A stretch of DNA of 64,000 bases from Christensenellales bacterium (GCA_045111455.1 JBGUGL010000053.1:34592-98591), one strand, 5' to 3'. Counted from the stretch's first letter, positions 9,487 through 18,963 are shown. Notes: generated by a model not told the origin, from the sequence alone. Numbers and translations are program-made.

Positions 9487-10690
9487 CGGAATCCGCAGGC
9501 GCACCGTCATGATCCGCGAAAGCATCGTGATGGCCCTGGACAATATCCGGAACAACAAGGTCCGTTCCTTCCTGACGCTGCTGGGCATCATGATCGGTGT
9601 CATGGCGGTGATTACCCTGATCACTACGGTATCCGGGGTATCCGGAACGATTGCTTCCTCCTTCTCCGACATGGGTGTGGGAACCCTGACGGTCAGCGTT
9701 ACCGGCAGTGACCTGAAGACCGGCATGACGCCGGAGGACCTGCAGGTAATCTCCGGCCTGGAAAATGTGGACGGCGTGGTGCCCAGCATCAGCCTGAACG
9801 GGCGGGTTTCCTACGGCCGGGACGTGCAGACGCGCATTTCCGTTTCCGGGCGGAACGCCTATTATTTCCAGCTGAACAATGACATGATCATCCAGGGACG
9901 GGCGCTGAACTTTATTGACGATGACAACAGCAGCTACGTCTGCGTGATCAGCCAGGAAATGGTGGATGAATTCTTCCTGGGGATCGATCCGGTGGGAGAG
10001 ACCCTGTATGTTTCCGGGCTGCCCTTTACCATTGTGGGCCGGTACAAGGAGGACAGCGGCGGCGGAGTTGCGTCCATCTTCCTGGGATCTCCGGATGTGC
10101 TGATCCCGTATACCACCGCCATGAAGGTGAACAATTCCAACGAGATCACGACCTTTACCGTGTATCTGACGGAGGGGGCGGACTCAGCTGCGGCCAAGCA
10201 GGAAGTCGAGGATGCCATGGATGTCCTGTTCGATTTTGAGGAGGACTGCTATACCGTATCCTCCATGGACATCATTGAGGAAACCATGAATACCATGACC
10301 ACCATGCTCAGTTCGCTCCTGGCGGGCATTGCCTCCATTGCGCTGCTGGTGGGCGGGATCGGCATCATGAACATGATGCTGACCACCGTTACGGAACGAA
10401 CGGCGGAAATCGGCCTGAAGAAGGCGCTGGGCGCTGTTCCCGGGCAGATTCAGCTCCAGTTCCTGCTGGAAAGCTTCCTGCTTTCCATGATCGGCGGACT
10501 GCTGGGGGTTGTTTTCGGCCTGGCGCTGTCCTTCGGCCTTTGCCGGGCGCTGGGTACAACTTTTGTGCTGAACGGCGGCGCCATTGCCCTGGGCGTGGGC
10601 TTTTCGGCGGCTGTGGGCATTATCTTCGGCTGGGCGCCGGCCCGGAAGGCCAGCCGGCTGAATCCCATTGACGCACTGAGGGCAGTTTAA
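9479..10690 (+). CDS. ABC transporter permease (MacB/FtsX-like)
   Basis: [56 protein letters not shown]. Confidence 0.93.
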   Translation: MLNGIRRRTVMIRESIVMALDNIRNNKVRSFLTLLGIMIGVMAVITLITTVSGVSGTIASSFSDMGVGTLTVSVTGSDLKTGMTPEDLQVISGLENVDGVVPSISLNGRVSYGRDVQTRISVSGRNAYYFQLNNDMIIQGRALNFIDDDNSSYVCVISQEMVDEFFLGIDPVGETLYVSGLPFTIVGRYKEDSGGGVASIFLGSPDVLIPYTTAMKVNNSNEITTFTVYLTEGADSAAAKQEVEDAMDVLFDFEEDCYTVSSMDIIEETMNTMTTMLSSLLAGIASIALLVGGIGIMNMMLTTVTERTAEIGLKKALGAVPGQIQLQFLLESFLLSMIGGLLGVVFGLALSFGLCRALGTTFVLNGGAIALGVGFSAAVGIIFGWAPARKASRLNPIDALRAV

Positions 10691-10749
10691 ACCAATGAAG
10701 AATGAAAAATGAAGAATTATTTGTTATGCCATGAATCAGGAGGAAAAAG

Positions 10750-11832
10750 ATGAATATCATAAAGAGGGTTACAGTGATTCTTTTTGCACTGCTGCTGGCG
10801 GCGGGAGCCGCTGGGGCGGAAACCCTGAGCCTGAACGGTACGGTGGAGGCCGGCGGGACAGTGCCGGTATATGCGCCCATCGGCGGAACGGTGGAGCGCG
10901 TGGAGATGGAAAGCGGCATGCATGTGGCGGCGGGGGATACCCTGTTCAGCTACCGGACGGAGAAGATATACGCTTCCGAGGACGGCACGGTATCCGGCGT
11001 GTTCGCGGCAGCCGGGGACGACGCGGAGACTGTTACGGCCAAATACGGAGCAGACCTGTATATTGAAGGAACCACCCGCTATACCATCAGCGGAAGCACC
11101 TCCAAGGCCTACAGCTCGGCGGAAACCACGTTCGTGCATACAGGCGAGACGGTTTATATCCTCTGCCGGACGGACGCAAAACGGTACGGCACCGGCGTGA
11201 TCACGGCGGTGGACGGCAACAGCTATACGGTCCTGGTAACCGAAGGGAACTTTGTTACCGGAGATTCCGTATCCATCTTCCGGGACGCGGCGCATACCGA
11301 CAAGCTGCGGCTGGGCCGGGGCTCCATTGCCCGGGCCAATCCGACGGCGGTGAACGGTACGGGTGCGGTGGTCCGTGTGGCAGTGAAGGACGGGGACAGC
11401 GTCAGACGCGGCGATCTCCTGATGGAAACCCTCAGCGGTACCTTTGACGCGTATGAAATGACCGGAACCTCCGTATCAGCGGAGGAGGAAGGCGTGATCG
11501 TATCGGTTTCCGCGGAAGCCGGCACGGCAGTCAGCAAGGGCGATGTGGTGGCGAAATTCGCTCCCCTCAGCAGCATGCGCGTGGAAGCAAAGGTGAGCGC
11601 GGACGACCGGAATGCCCTGAATGCCGGCGACAGGGTTATGATCGAGCTGGAAACGGACGGGAATAAAACCTATGAGGGAACCGTGCGGTATATTACGGAA
11701 ATCCCGGAGGAAGGCGAGGAGGAAACCACCTATATTGCCGTGATTGATTTTACGCCGGATAAGGATATTTTCTTCGGCATGAGCGTGGTGGTGAACAAGG
11801 CGGATCAGGCGGCTGCCGCGGCGCAAGACTGA
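10750..11832 (+). CDS. Second HlyD-like adaptor protein with signal peptide
   Basis: Signal peptide; repeated lipoyl-like motifs (VYAPIGGTVE..GMHVAAGD, VAVKDGDSVRRGD); beta-barrel C-terminus. Confidence 0.75.
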   Translation: MNIIKRVTVILFALLLAAGAAGAETLSLNGTVEAGGTVPVYAPIGGTVERVEMESGMHVAAGDTLFSYRTEKIYASEDGTVSGVFAAAGDDAETVTAKYGADLYIEGTTRYTISGSTSKAYSSAETTFVHTGETVYILCRTDAKRYGTGVITAVDGNSYTVLVTEGNFVTGDSVSIFRDAAHTDKLRLGRGSIARANPTAVNGTGAVVRVAVKDGDSVRRGDLLMETLSGTFDAYEMTGTSVSAEEEGVIVSVSAEAGTAVSKGDVVAKFAPLSSMRVEAKVSADDRNALNAGDRVMIELETDGNKTYEGTVRYITEIPEEGEEETTYIAVIDFTPDKDIFFGMSVVVNKADQAAAAAQD

Positions 11833-11890
11833 CCGGACGCAGCCGGAAACAGCCGGGATTGTATTTCTTCTGCATATGCAGCGGGGCGGC

Positions 11891-11919
11891 TTGCCAGGCA
11901 GTGGGTCTGGTGATAGAAT
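11891..11919 (+). promoter_or_regulatory. sigmaA promoter of aroF-tyrA-pheA operon
   Basis: TTGCCA-17 bp-TAGAAT with extended -10 TG. Confidence 0.75.
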
Positions 11920-11966
11920 AACCCGTGAATTCATTCACTGCGCTGAACGCGCGGAAAGGGAGAACC

Positions 11967-12017
11967 ATGCGGCAGGCTTACGTGTATTATTACTTTACCT
12001 TTACCCACAGTGTCTGA
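11967..12017 (+). CDS. Tyr/Phe-rich attenuator leader peptide MRQAYVYYYFTFTHSV
   Basis: SD GAAAGGGAG, ATG 11967, TGA 12015-12017; 4 Tyr and 2 Phe in codons 5-12; directly upstream of Tyr/Phe biosynthesis genes. Confidence 0.88.
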   Translation: MRQAYVYYYFTFTHSV

Positions 12018-12063
12018 GGTAAGGTAATTTTGCCGCGCAGGTTTCCCCGGCAAGGGTAAACAC

Positions 12064-12100
12064 CAGGGCCCGCAGAATTACTGCGGGCCCTGTTTCGTTG
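12064..12100 (+). terminator. Attenuator terminator upstream of aroF
   Basis: Perfect 12-bp stem CAGGGCCCGCAG-AATTA-CTGCGGGCCCTG followed by TTTCGTT. Confidence 0.85.
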
Positions 12101-12120
12101 AGAAAGGAGCAGAAGAACAG

Positions 12121-13125
12121 ATGATTATCGCGCTGAAAAAAGATATCCGGAAAGAGGAGCAGGAGCACCTGATTGCCTGGCTGGAGAGCTACGGCGTCCG
12201 GACCCATATTTCCGAAGGGGAATTCCAGACCGTTATCGGACTGGTGGGCGATACAACCCGGATTGATACAGACCTGATCAGCGGGCTGGACATTGTCCAG
12301 AGCGTGACGAGGATTTCCGAACCTTTCAAGAAAGCAAACCGGAAGTTCCACCCGGATGACACCGTGGTCCGGGTGACGGACCAGGTTGCCTTCGGCGGCG
12401 GGAATTTCCAGATTATCGCCGGTCCCTGCTCTGTGGAATCAGAGGAGCAGGTGGAAACGGTGGCCCGGGCGGTGAAAGACAGCGGGGCGGGCATGCTCCG
12501 GGGCGGCGCTTTCAAACCGCGGACTTCGCCCTATGATTTCCAGGGCCTGCACGGGGAGGGCATCCGGATCCTGCTGGAAGTGAAAAAACGCACCGGCATG
12601 CCGATTATTACGGAAATCATGGATATCGGTCACCTGCCCCTGTTTGAGCAGGTGGACGTGATCCAGGTAGGCGCCCGGAACATGCAGAATTTTGAGCTGC
12701 TGAAAGAACTGGGCAAGATCAGGAAACCCATTCTCCTCAAGCGGGGCCTGGCCAACAATATCAAGGAGCTGCTGATGAGCGCCGAGTATATCATGGCCGG
12801 CGGAAACGAGCAGATTATCCTGTGCGAACGGGGTGTCCGGACCTTCGAAACCTATACCCGGAACACGCTGGATCTTTCCGCTGTGGCGGTGCTGCATGAG
12901 CTGAGCCACCTGCCGGTGGTGGTGGATCCCAGCCATGCCACAGGCGCGGCCCGGTATGTGAAACCCATGGCTATGGCCGCGGCAGCCTGCGGGGCGGACG
13001 GCCTGATGATTGAAGTGCACAACGATCCCAAGCATGCCCTGTGCGACGGGCCCCAGAGCCTGACACCGGAACAGTTTGACGATGTGGCGAAGGCAGTGGC
13101 GAAGATCCGCCAGGCACTGGTATAA
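12121..13125 (+). CDS. aroF: 3-deoxy-7-phosphoheptulonate (DAHP) synthase, type I-beta with N-terminal regulatory domain
   Basis: IAGPCSVES, RGGAFKPRTSPYDFQG, GARNMQN, LCERG, VDPSHATG. Confidence 0.95.
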   Translation: MIIALKKDIRKEEQEHLIAWLESYGVRTHISEGEFQTVIGLVGDTTRIDTDLISGLDIVQSVTRISEPFKKANRKFHPDDTVVRVTDQVAFGGGNFQIIAGPCSVESEEQVETVARAVKDSGAGMLRGGAFKPRTSPYDFQGLHGEGIRILLEVKKRTGMPIITEIMDIGHLPLFEQVDVIQVGARNMQNFELLKELGKIRKPILLKRGLANNIKELLMSAEYIMAGGNEQIILCERGVRTFETYTRNTLDLSAVAVLHELSHLPVVVDPSHATGAARYVKPMAMAAAACGADGLMIEVHNDPKHALCDGPQSLTPEQFDDVAKAVAKIRQALV

Positions 13126-13149
13126 GACTGACGCCGGAGGATAAAAGAG

Positions 13150-14004
13150 ATGGAGAGCAAGACAATCGGCGTGGTGGGCCTGGGCCTGATGGGCGCTTCC
13201 CTGTGCAAGGCGCTGGGTGCACAGGGGCATAAAATCCTGGGCAAAGATACGGACGAGCACGTGCAGAAATATGCCCTGCTGACGGGAACTATCCAGGGCG
13301 AACTGACGGAAGAGAATATCCCGGAATGCGATTACCTGTTCCTGGCAACGTATCCGGGCGCGGCAGTGGAAACGCTGAAACAGCTGGCACCGAAGATCCG
13401 CAGGGACGCGGTGGTGAGCGACCTGTGCGGTGTGAAGAAGGCGGTATGCGAGCCTTGCTTCGCGCTGGCAGAGGAATACGGCTTCACTTTTATCGGCGGC
13501 CATCCCATGGCGGGCAAACAGTTTTCCGGTATCAAATACGCGGACGGGGAACTGTTCCGGAACGCAACCATGATCCTGGTGCCCCGGAAGCAGGAAGACC
13601 TGTTCCTGGTCAGCCAGCTGAGCGGGCTGCTGAAGGAAACCGGTTTTAAATCCGTAACCGTGACCACGGCGGAAAAGCATGACGAGATGATTGCCTTCAC
13701 CTCCCAGCTGGCCCACGTGGTATCCAACGCTTATATCAAATCCCCCACGGCGGCGGAACACCTGTCCTTCTCCGCCGGCAGCTACCGGGACCTGACCCGG
13801 GTGGCCAAACTGAATGAAACCATGTGGACGGAGCTGTTCCTGGACAACGCGGAACACCTGGGCTTTGAACTGGACTGCCTGATCAGGGCCCTGCAGGAAT
13901 ACCGGGACGCCATTGCAGCCGGAGACGCGGAAACGCTGAAGAAACTCCTGAAGGAAGGACGGGAACGCAAGGAAGCGATCGACACCGAGTGGAAGGATAA
14001 ATAA
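13150..14004 (+). CDS. tyrA: Prephenate dehydrogenase
   Basis: GLGLMGAS Rossmann fold, DLCGVK, GGHPMAG, HDEMIAFTSQLAHV, SYRDLTRVA. Confidence 0.93.
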   Translation: MESKTIGVVGLGLMGASLCKALGAQGHKILGKDTDEHVQKYALLTGTIQGELTEENIPECDYLFLATYPGAAVETLKQLAPKIRRDAVVSDLCGVKKAVCEPCFALAEEYGFTFIGGHPMAGKQFSGIKYADGELFRNATMILVPRKQEDLFLVSQLSGLLKETGFKSVTVTTAEKHDEMIAFTSQLAHVVSNAYIKSPTAAEHLSFSAGSYRDLTRVAKLNETMWTELFLDNAEHLGFELDCLIRALQEYRDAIAAGDAETLKKLLKEGRERKEAIDTEWKDK

Positions 14005-14027
14005 ACACCTGAACAAGCCCGGAAAGG

Positions 14028-15179
14028 ATGACTGGCATGAACATCGAAGAGCTGAGAGCGGAAATAGACCGGATCGACAGTGATATTATCCGTCTGTACG
14101 GGGAACGGCTGGAGACAACGAAGCAGATCGGCCGCTACAAGCAGGAGCACAACCTGCCGGTGACAGATCCTGCCCGGGAACGGGAAGTGCTGAACAAAGT
14201 GGGCGCGGAAGCCGGGGAGGAGAATGAAAACGGCGTCCGGGCGCTTTTCGGCTTCCTGATGGCCCAGAGCCGGACCAACCAGATGCTGGATCGGAAGGAA
14301 ACGAGCGGGCTGGGACAGCTGATCCGCAAAAGCCTGGATGAGACGCCGAAGCTGTTCCCGGAAAAGGCGACGGTGGCCTGCCAGGGCGTGGAAGGCGCCT
14401 ATTCCCAGCAGGCCTGCGAGAAGATTTTCCGCGCCCCCTCCATTATGTACTGCAAGACCTTTGAGAATGTATTCTCCGCCATTGAAAGCGGACTGTGCAG
14501 GTACGGCATCCTGCCCATTGAAAACAGCCTGGCCGGATCCGTGAACAGTGTGTATGACCGGCTGATCAGCCGGAAATGCTACATTGTACGTTCCGCCCGG
14601 GTGAAGATCGATCATACCCTGCTGGTGAAGCCCGGCACGAAGCCGGAGGATATCCGGGAAGTCTGGTCCCATGAGCAGGCGATTCAGCAGTGCTCCGGCT
14701 TCCTGGCGGAGAACAGGCAGTGGAAGGTGAACATCAGCACCAACACTGCTGCGGCAGCCCAGATGGTGGCGGAGAGCGGCCGGAATGACGTGGCTGCCAT
14801 CTCTTCCGCCCACTGCGCACCGCTGTACGGCCTGGAGATCCTGAAGCGGGATATCCAGAACAACAGCAACAACCATACCCGGTTTATCTGCATTTCCCGG
14901 CAGCCGGAAATCTATCCGGGCGCGGACAGAACCAGCCTGATGCTGGCGCTGCCCAACCGGCCCGGCGCCCTGTATCAGCTGCTGGGACGGTTCTATGCCC
15001 AGGGAATCAACCTGACCAAGCTGGAGAGCCGTCCGGTGCCGGGCAAGGACTTTGAATTCATGTTCTGCTTCGATATTGATGCGTCTGTTTATTCACCGGC
15101 ATTTGTCCGGCTGATTGAAGAGCTGGACGTGACGCTGGAACAATGTGCTTATCTGGGAAGCTACAGTGAACTGGCCTGA
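14028..15179 (+). CDS. pheA: Bifunctional chorismate mutase/prephenate dehydratase
   Basis: AroQ domain (LRAEIDRID..RERE), QGVEGAYS, PIENSLAGSV, SHEQA, NHTRF, ACT domain NLTKLESRP. Confidence 0.93.
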   Translation: MTGMNIEELRAEIDRIDSDIIRLYGERLETTKQIGRYKQEHNLPVTDPAREREVLNKVGAEAGEENENGVRALFGFLMAQSRTNQMLDRKETSGLGQLIRKSLDETPKLFPEKATVACQGVEGAYSQQACEKIFRAPSIMYCKTFENVFSAIESGLCRYGILPIENSLAGSVNSVYDRLISRKCYIVRSARVKIDHTLLVKPGTKPEDIREVWSHEQAIQQCSGFLAENRQWKVNISTNTAAAAQMVAESGRNDVAAISSAHCAPLYGLEILKRDIQNNSNNHTRFICISRQPEIYPGADRTSLMLALPNRPGALYQLLGRFYAQGINLTKLESRPVPGKDFEFMFCFDIDASVYSPAFVRLIEELDVTLEQCAYLGSYSELA

Positions 15180-15196
15180 AAGGCCAGTTTAATTTT
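15169..15196 (+). terminator. Terminator after pheA
   Basis: AACTGGCCT-GAA-AGGCCAGTT followed by TAATTTT. Confidence 0.6.
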
Positions 15197-15313
15197 GTCC
15201 CGCCCGGCTGTTTGATACAATGCAACGATGAATCCCGGAATCCCATTAACGATTGTAAATCGGATTCACAATGGCTTCAGGGGGAGTCATCGTTAAAAGG
15301 TGTATACGGGCAC

Positions 15314-15339
15314 AGAAAAAGCGCCTCCGAAGAAGCGCT
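15314..15339 (-). terminator. Terminator closing the minus-strand islet
   Basis: Minus strand AGCGCTTC-TTCG-GAGGCGCT-TTTTC. Confidence 0.65.
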
Positions 15340-15376
15340 CCTGAGACTGATTATCAGCCCGTGAAACTTGAATCTG

Positions 15377-15520
15377 TTACTTAATCGGCAACTGGATCCC
15401 GGTCAGCATTTTTCCGGTCTCATTGAACCATTCTTTCCACCGGACATCATGCGGCACAAGAAAGATTGGAAACAGTTCCCATAATTCTTCCAATGACATT
15501 TCGGACAAATCTTTCTCCAT
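15377..15520 (-). pseudogene. Truncated GrpB-family N-terminal fragment
   Basis: MEKDLSEMSLEELWELFPIFLVPHDVRW resembles the start of clostridial GrpB proteins (recalled similarity); ends after 47 aa. Confidence 0.55.
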
Positions 15521-15682
15521 ACCAAAGGCCTCGATGAATCCGAATTCACCTTGGATCACTGCTTCTCCGCCAGCGCTTTTGCCGCTGTTACACTTTGATC
15601 CGTGAGAGCATATTTCATTGACGGGCAGAACAGCAAAAAGACACTCCTCGCGATCCTGCTTCCGGTTGTGATATTTGCCATG

Positions 15683-16045
15683 TTATACCGGTGTCCCCAC
15701 TTCGATCAGATTCCCGTCCGGATCATAAAAGCGTATGACCTTCTGTCCCCAGCTGTGCGTCATGAGTCTGTTGATATACTTTACCTTTGGACAGCAGGTC
15801 TCCAGTCTTTCCACAAAACCTTCCATGTCACGCTCTTCAAAATACAGTTCACTGGCATTGTTCTCCGGAATGATATCTCTCCCAAGGAACTCTTTCCAGT
15901 ATTTTTCTTCCTGCAATACCAATCCTTCTGTCATGATCATATTTCCGCCATTGTCAAGGATCATCTCAAGGCCGAACAAATCATGGTAGAACTGTCTGGA
16001 TCTCTCAATATCTTTAACAACGATCAGCACGTTTTTCAGTTTCAT
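15683..16045 (-). CDS. VOC/glyoxalase family protein
   Basis: LIVVKDIERSRQFYHDLFGL ... HSWGQKVIRFYDPDGNLIEV. Confidence 0.9.
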   Translation of the reverse strand: MKLKNVLIVVKDIERSRQFYHDLFGLEMILDNGGNMIMTEGLVLQEEKYWKEFLGRDIIPENNASELYFEERDMEGFVERLETCCPKVKYINRLMTHSWGQKVIRFYDPDGNLIEVGTPV

Positions 16046-16096
16046 TTTCCTCGATCCTTTCTTCAAACAAAACCTCGGTTCCATTGTGAAACTTAA

Positions 16097-16564
16097 TCAC
16101 TTTTTCAGGTCTTTTGCCATCATGAATTCTGTGACTCCGGGACGGTACAGGTTTGGAATTTCCCCAACTTGCCGATACCCGTTTCTTTCATAGAACCGTT
16201 TTGCGACCGGATTATAATCCGCGACAACAAGGAAGAACTTGTCTGCCATTTCATGCGCGATATTTTCAGAATAATCCAGCAGAGCCTTGCCGATCCCCTT
16301 GTTTCTGTATTCTTCCTTCACGGCGATGATGTGCAGGTATGGAAAACTGTGAAACGCTCCTTTGGGAATGATATATGTGAAGCCAACGCATTCTTCACCG
16401 ATGAACGCCACATACAAATTCCCCCGGCGGATCCCTTCAAGGATCGCGTTTTCTGCGTTCCCCGGCGAAGAAAAGTATCTTTCGCCGAGCGTTGACCGGC
16501 AGAGCGCGTCCCTGCAATCCTTCAGATGCAGTTCGTTTCCTTTTGCAAATGTGATCTCTTGCAT
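16097..16564 (-). CDS. GNAT N-acetyltransferase
   Basis: YLHIIAVKEEYRNKGIGKALL, NPVAKRFYERNGY; start MQEITF after GGGAG. Confidence 0.85.
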   Translation of the reverse strand: MQEITFAKGNELHLKDCRDALCRSTLGERYFSSPGNAENAILEGIRRGNLYVAFIGEECVGFTYIIPKGAFHSFPYLHIIAVKEEYRNKGIGKALLDYSENIAHEMADKFFLVVADYNPVAKRFYERNGYRQVGEIPNLYRPGVTEFMMAKDLKK

Positions 16565-16583
16565 TCCAATCTCCCTTTTTGCA

Positions 16584-17007
16584 TCAGTGCTCCATTGAAC
16601 CGGTGTATTGCCGGCGACAGCCGCTGCACACACCGGTGTGAACACAGATGACGCCTCCGCAGGCAGAACAGGTCCACTGCTTCCGCTCGCACTCCAGAAA
16701 AGCGGCCATCCCTGCCTCCCGGATGAACCGTATGTTCTCCAGCGGGGATTCGTGGAGCGGGTACTGCGATCCGTACCGGGTCTCCTTTTCCATGACGTCG
16801 GCGCAGGGAAAAACCGGACATTCATCGCAGAACGAATACCCGTTTGACTTTCTCTTTTCGCACAGAATGATACCGCATCTCTCTGAACAGAACTCCGGTT
16901 TGTTGTCGTTTGGACCGCGGCATCCGGCACAGGGACCGGCCTCAGCCAGCGCGCTTGCAGATGCTGCAGTCCAGTCCGCATGGGGCGATCATATTCTTGG
17001 TGAACAT
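16584..17007 (-). pseudogene. Cys-rich DUF3795-like protein, frameshifted
   Basis: MFTKNMIAPCGLDCSICKRA then stop; another frame continues LAEAGPCAGC..FCDECPVFPC..CSACGGVICVHTGVCSGC; apparent 2-nt loss in a GC dinucleotide run near 16950. Confidence 0.75.
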
Positions 17008-17022
17008 TCCTTTCAGGCCTCC

Positions 17023-17391
17023 TCACCCGTTCCCGCCGGTTGATCGATAATACATGATCTCGCAGTCACCGCTGTCGGTAAAGCGCTCGATCTCATATTC
17101 CAATCTGCCTTCCTGATAAATCTTCTCATATATCTTTCCAAGATCCGCTGTCTGTCCCCGAACCGCAATCCAGCCCATATCCGGCAGTGTCACGGTCCGG
17201 TCCGCTCCGCCGATCTTCCCGTCGATCAGGCCAATGACATACTCAATGGATCGTTCCTTCCAGCCATAACCAAGCCCCTGGAGATTCTCCCGGCCATACT
17301 TCGCCGGAAGCTCATCCCAGAATGCACCAATCGTTTCGTATTGCTGATCGTTATCTGTGGAAAAAGTCCTGCCGATCCCTTTAAACAGCAT
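17023..17391 (-). CDS. Hypothetical protein (GyrI-like effector-binding similarity)
   Basis: IGAFWDE..GLGY..IEYVIG..IYEKIY..YEIE pattern. Confidence 0.55.
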   Translation of the reverse strand: MLFKGIGRTFSTDNDQQYETIGAFWDELPAKYGRENLQGLGYGWKERSIEYVIGLIDGKIGGADRTVTLPDMGWIAVRGQTADLGKIYEKIYQEGRLEYEIERFTDSGDCEIMYYRSTGGNG

Positions 17392-17393
17392 TG

Positions 17394-18029
17394 TTATTCC
17401 CTTTCTGCCGCAGCACCCGTTCGACAGCCATCCATATCTCCCGCTGTAATCCGTTCTTCCCGGATTGTGGCTGTGGGTTTATCGTCTTTCAGATACGCTT
17501 CAAACTCCGGCGTCCGGCTCCAGTAGCGGATGCCCCAGTTTTCAAAGCTCCATTTGTCCATATAATCGTTGCATTCATAATCCACGTACCAGATCAACCC
17601 GTCCCGCACCACGAAATTGGTGGGAAACCAGTCGATGTTCAGCCCGGCGGCCTTTGCCACGGCAGCCATGTCCCGCACCTGGGCGAGCCAGGGCTCTGTG
17701 GATATTCCGCATTTGACCAGTTCAAAGACGGTGGGCCCTTCGATATATTCCTTCACAATACGCTCGCCGTCCATATCGATAGCCAGCATCTGCGGGATGC
17801 GGATGCCTGCCGCCTGCAGGCGTTCGTAATCCCGCTGTTCCACTTCGATCTTGTTGCCGAAGACGTAGTAATCACAGGGCTCGTGGTGGATCTGCTTCAA
17901 CACCACCTGCTGCCTGTCGCAATCCGCAAGATAGGAGTACCCGCCCTTGCCGTGGCCCAGCAGCCTGATAATACGATAGGATTTCCCACAGACAATCATT
18001 TGTTCTGCCATGCTTTGCTCCTGTTTCAT
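17394..18029 (-). CDS. Small protein-kinase-fold protein
   Basis: LLGHGKGGYSYLA Gly-loop, VVLKQ, IDWFPTNFVV, YVDYE. Confidence 0.65.
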   Translation of the reverse strand: MKQEQSMAEQMIVCGKSYRIIRLLGHGKGGYSYLADCDRQQVVLKQIHHEPCDYYVFGNKIEVEQRDYERLQAAGIRIPQMLAIDMDGERIVKEYIEGPTVFELVKCGISTEPWLAQVRDMAAVAKAAGLNIDWFPTNFVVRDGLIWYVDYECNDYMDKWSFENWGIRYWSRTPEFEAYLKDDKPTATIREERITAGDMDGCRTGAAAERE

Positions 18030-18083
18030 TCCATCTCTCCAGGAATCCAGGCTCTTTTTTTCAGCCGGTTTTTCCGGATTCTT

Positions 18084-18276
18084 TCATTGATCTGTGCCGC
18101 CATTCCGCTTGCAGGCGAAGCAGCCGGTGCAGTATTCGATGTGACAGGCTATGACGTTGATCATGCGGATTCCCTGCGATGCGGCGCCCTTTATACTTTC
18201 CGGAAAAGACCTGGAGATATGCATGGTGCCGCGCTTCTCACGCCGGGGAACTGCCGTTCAATACGAGAATCATCAT
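18084..18276 (-). pseudogene. Flavodoxin/iron-sulfur flavoprotein remnant
   Basis: MMILVLNGS, frameshift, PRREKRGTMHISR..HIEYCTGCFACKRNGG, then premature stop. Confidence 0.65.
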
Positions 18277-18298
18277 CGCTTTCATCCCGTTGCTGATG

Positions 18299-18910
18299 TC
18301 ATAATCCAAGTATCCATTCATCCAGAAACCGCATCTGTTCCTCTGTATGAAACCAGTGTTCGCCGCCTTCCATGACGGTGAGAGCGGCATGGTGCTTCTC
18401 TGCAAAATCGCGGATGGTTTCAGGCGACATCAGGTTGTCCCGGCTTCCGTAGAGAATACGCGTCGGCGCTGTCCAGCAGGTGGGATGGTTTCGTACATAG
18501 CAGAGGTAATTCCAGGACAGGTCTTCGCCGAATGCCGTGCGGATGGTTCCCCTGGCTTCCAGCTCCGCTTCCGTGACATTGGCCCACCGCATCATATCGG
18601 TGATGAGCCTCTCCATATCGACGATAGGGGAGATGAACCAGGCTTTTTCGATCATCGCGTCGATCCCGGCGTTCATGCTGAAGTATGCGCCGATGCTGTT
18701 TGCGATCAGGATAATGCGCTTATCCTCCGCCTTCAGCGCTTCCACTGCTGCGCGTATCTCCGCGCCGGTTTCCCACGGGGTAAAGGTCTGATAATCCAGC
18801 CCGATGACCTCACAATTCGGAAACAGCGCCCCGTAATGATCACACTCCGCCGCGCTGCCTCCTTTTCCGTGGATATATAATAAAACCAGTCTGTTCGCTT
18901 CGTTTTTCAT
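18299..18910 (-). CDS. Alpha/beta hydrolase
   Basis: YIHGKGG, ANSIG nucleophile elbow, YGSRD, GGEHWFH. Confidence 0.85.
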   Translation of the reverse strand: MKNEANRLVLLYIHGKGGSAAECDHYGALFPNCEVIGLDYQTFTPWETGAEIRAAVEALKAEDKRIILIANSIGAYFSMNAGIDAMIEKAWFISPIVDMERLITDMMRWANVTEAELEARGTIRTAFGEDLSWNYLCYVRNHPTCWTAPTRILYGSRDNLMSPETIRDFAEKHHAALTVMEGGEHWFHTEEQMRFLDEWILGL

Positions 18911-18963
18911 ATGATCTCACTTTCCCGAATACCATATCCGTCAGGATATCCATATTATGAGGA

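Noticed and set aside
10694-10720. AATGAAGAATGAAAAATGAAGAATT short repeat
   Set aside because: Too short, low complexity, no supporting context
11920-12120. T-box riboswitch upstream of aroF
   Set aside because: No T-box antiterminator consensus (GGTGGNACC) or stem I seen; leader-peptide model fits all elements
12439-14876. Long minus-strand ORFs (525 aa, 364 aa) opposite aroF/tyrA/pheA
   Set aside because: Antisense shadows of well-supported genes in GC-rich DNA; no motifs or SD
16097-17026. 309-aa ORF as a single gene
   Set aside because: N-terminal half is an off-frame reading of the DUF3795-like pseudogene; the GNAT starts at 16564
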